The notes under the pieces were generated by a model. It saw only the letters and a program-made list of their open reading frames with translations. It was not told the DNA's origin and made no database searches. Below are positions 61,645-64,000 of a DNA stretch of 64,000 nt, piece by piece. Position numbers and translations under genes: made by a program. Positions within the stretch are counted from its first letter, which is position 1, and every line of letters starts with the position of its first letter. Source of the DNA: Okamejei kenojei (Eukaryota). The DNA lies in the NCBI GenBank assembly GCA_035221665.1, contig CM069161.1:24614001-24678000 (forward strand), read 5' to 3'.

Positions 61645-61841
61645 AAAGACAGACACAAAGTGCTGTAGTAACTCAGGGGCTCAGGCAGCATCTCCGGAGA
61701 AATGGATAGGTGACGTTTCGGGTCCGGACCCTTCTTCAGATCCCTTTTCTCCAGAGATGGTGCCTGGCCTGCCGAGTTACTCCAGCACTTTGTGTCTATC
61801 ATTGGTAATGAACCGGCATCTGCAGTTCTTTGTTTCTACAT
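61645..61841. mobile_element. Fold-back PLE-derived element with exact 14-bp TSD and intact minus-strand hammerhead-like core (61712-61739)
   Basis: TTCCTATTCAGATT at 61631-61644 and 61842-61855; reverse-complement core CTGAAGA-a-GGGTC-cg-GACCC-GAAAC-GTC. Confidence 0.88.
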
Positions 61842-64000
61842 TTCCTATTCAGATTGTTTGGATCTACCTCTGCAGAGCTGTACAAGTTGTGCCATGAACA
61901 GAAACCCAAGTGTTGTTGCAGGTTCTGTTCAGTAAAGTAGAAACTCCATTATCTGAGCATCAGTGCTTTGGTTAGTGCATTCTAACTGCATTATTTTCCA
62001 TATGGCTCTGATCTGACAAACATAATTTTGATTATTCTTTGCATAAAGCACGATGTGTATTTGAAATCGAGTTGACGAATCCTACAATCAAGTTAAATGC
62101 TTATTACAATTCTGTTGCTATAGTGCTTGCAATCCTGCTGACTAGCAACATGTTTTCAGTCTTGCGTTTAAAAAAAAACATTCTGGTGATTAGCAGTTTC
62201 AAAGAACCAATTTGCAACGTTTGACTTCTTAAAAAAAGAAAAATGTTTCGAGTTTGAACACCAATAAAACAGTAGTTTGAAATAATTAATCACTTCTGAA
62301 AACAAAGTCTACAAAGACACATTTATCATTTTCATCTCCACATTCTGCAACTGTTTTGAACCTGATGATCATTTCCATATAATCTCTAGTCACACACAGA
62401 GTGTGAATGGGAAGAAATTGGTCCTTGCTAGCTCGCACAAATGTAAATCATCCCATTCCACATCCCGTAAGATTGCTGCACGAATTTTGTCCGCAAAACT
62501 CTCCATATACCTTGAAGTGCAACGTCAGGTAATACACGTTTAAAACGGTGCTTATGTAAACTTCAAACCATGCTAAATCCAAGTATCCTACATAGTTCAA
62601 ATAAACTAAATAGAATTTATCTTGATTTCACAATATTCACACAGTATCTATTTCAAAACTATAGATCAAATTCATCTCTCATCAGTGTTCACCGTCGGCA
62701 ACGTCAGTGCGATTTCTGATACCAGGTTTTTTTTGTGGATTGAATTCAAACCACATTTTGCACTGGTACATTTTACTTTCTTAATTGCAACATGTTTAAA
62801 CACTGACAGAAATGTCCTTGTAATAAACTAACTTACAGGATATTGATAAAGATTTAAGGCACAGCATATAGCTCTAGAAACCGTGAAATGTACTCTTCTG
62901 AGAGCAATGCAATTTGGATTGTCACTGCAAGGAGACAAGCTGAGTAACGCGCATCTTTATCACTAATCTGATGGACGAGTGGTCCATGTAACGCGATATA
63001 TATATATTTTCCAGAGATTGAAATAATTCTTCATGAAATGTGATTGCTATCACCTTGGCTCGCAACTGTGATGTCCTGTTCCAATTCCAGCTTGCGTCAT
63101 TTATACACAAAAGGACCAAAATGATTTAAACTGAGAGGATTTTGAACTCTACAAAGAGTGACAGCGCTTGGTCCTAATCTAATGTTCCCACAGTACTCAG
63201 AAAAAATGCTAAAGTACTTTTCACTGACTCTACAAGTTCAAAGTTTGAAAGATTTAAACGAGAGAAAAAGAACACCACAGCCCAGAAATTATGACATTAA
63301 GCACTGAACGCATTCATTAACCAAGAATGCAAACAGGAATTTCTGGGCATAACTGTGATCCAAAACTATGATTGCTTGTAAGTGCTGGAGAGACTTACAA
63401 CAAAACAATGTGGTTTTTATCCTTACGATACCACAGCTGTCAGAAATAACGTTTCAAGCATGTAAAACACCCTTCAACATTCCCTGTGGATAATTGGGAT
63501 CCTGCTCTTTATGTTTACGATGCCTTCACTTTAGGAAGTTGCCCAGCTATTCTGGGCGCTCCAGGGGTTATGATAACTAGCTCTGATTGTGCAATCTGTT
63601 TCTTTGTGGTGAAAACCTAAAGGCAGATTTGGGCCACACCAGAAGGCTTTCAGCCAGATGAAATTGCTCGGGGTTATAAATAATCAAAAATAGACTGAAC
63701 ACCCTCGAATTGAAAGCAATAGTTTAAAAAATAATAATTTTCAGTTGATTTGTTCCTGCAGATGTTAGTAGCCCTCTGACTAAACACTGCAGGAGAGGGA
63801 AGAGGGCGTTTACATTTAAGTATTGAATTCTCTTTTTATAAAATAAAATGTCAAGACTTTACAAAAATAGTGCTGGAATGTCCCTGGTAAGGAGCAGCTT
63901 TGCTGCTGGTGACTCATTCTTCAGCCAGGTTGTTCTCGGATGTCAAGGAAGCAGTGCGAGTAACGTTGAGTTCCAGTTCTTTGGAAGGGGGGGGGGGGGG

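Overview
Eukaryotic, intron-rich genomic DNA from a cartilaginous fish, most likely a skate or ray (inferred from HE1/V-SINEs, HER1-type CR1 LINEs and abundant poly-G/C tracts). Two + strand protein-coding genes can be reconstructed exon by exon. The first is the last six coding exons of FAM117A (5979-17986), followed by a long repeat-poor putative 3'UTR. The second is a complete PSMC5/Rpt6 (26S proteasome AAA ATPase): 12 coding exons at 34665-57608, about 400 aa, with a probable CpG-island promoter and non-coding first exon(s) at about 28.1-28.9 kb, preceded by a 33-bp VNTR. Introns and intergenic DNA carry L2, Rex1/Babar, CR1 and RTE LINE fragments, V-SINEs, hAT-like pieces and many Penelope-like element (PLE) derivatives. 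Most notable: (1) a family of ~200-bp fold-back PLE-derived insertions, some with 10-14 bp target-site duplications (TSDs), carrying minimal hammerhead-ribozyme cores; (2) a young LINE whose 3' tail abuts a PSMC5 splice acceptor; (3) a candidate TAG microexon or recursive splice site inside a GC-AG intron of FAM117A; (4) a 32-bp hAT-type MITE; (5) a phased CCAAT array. No CRISPR, rRNA or intact tRNA gene was seen. Repeat boundaries are approximate; all calls were made by eye.
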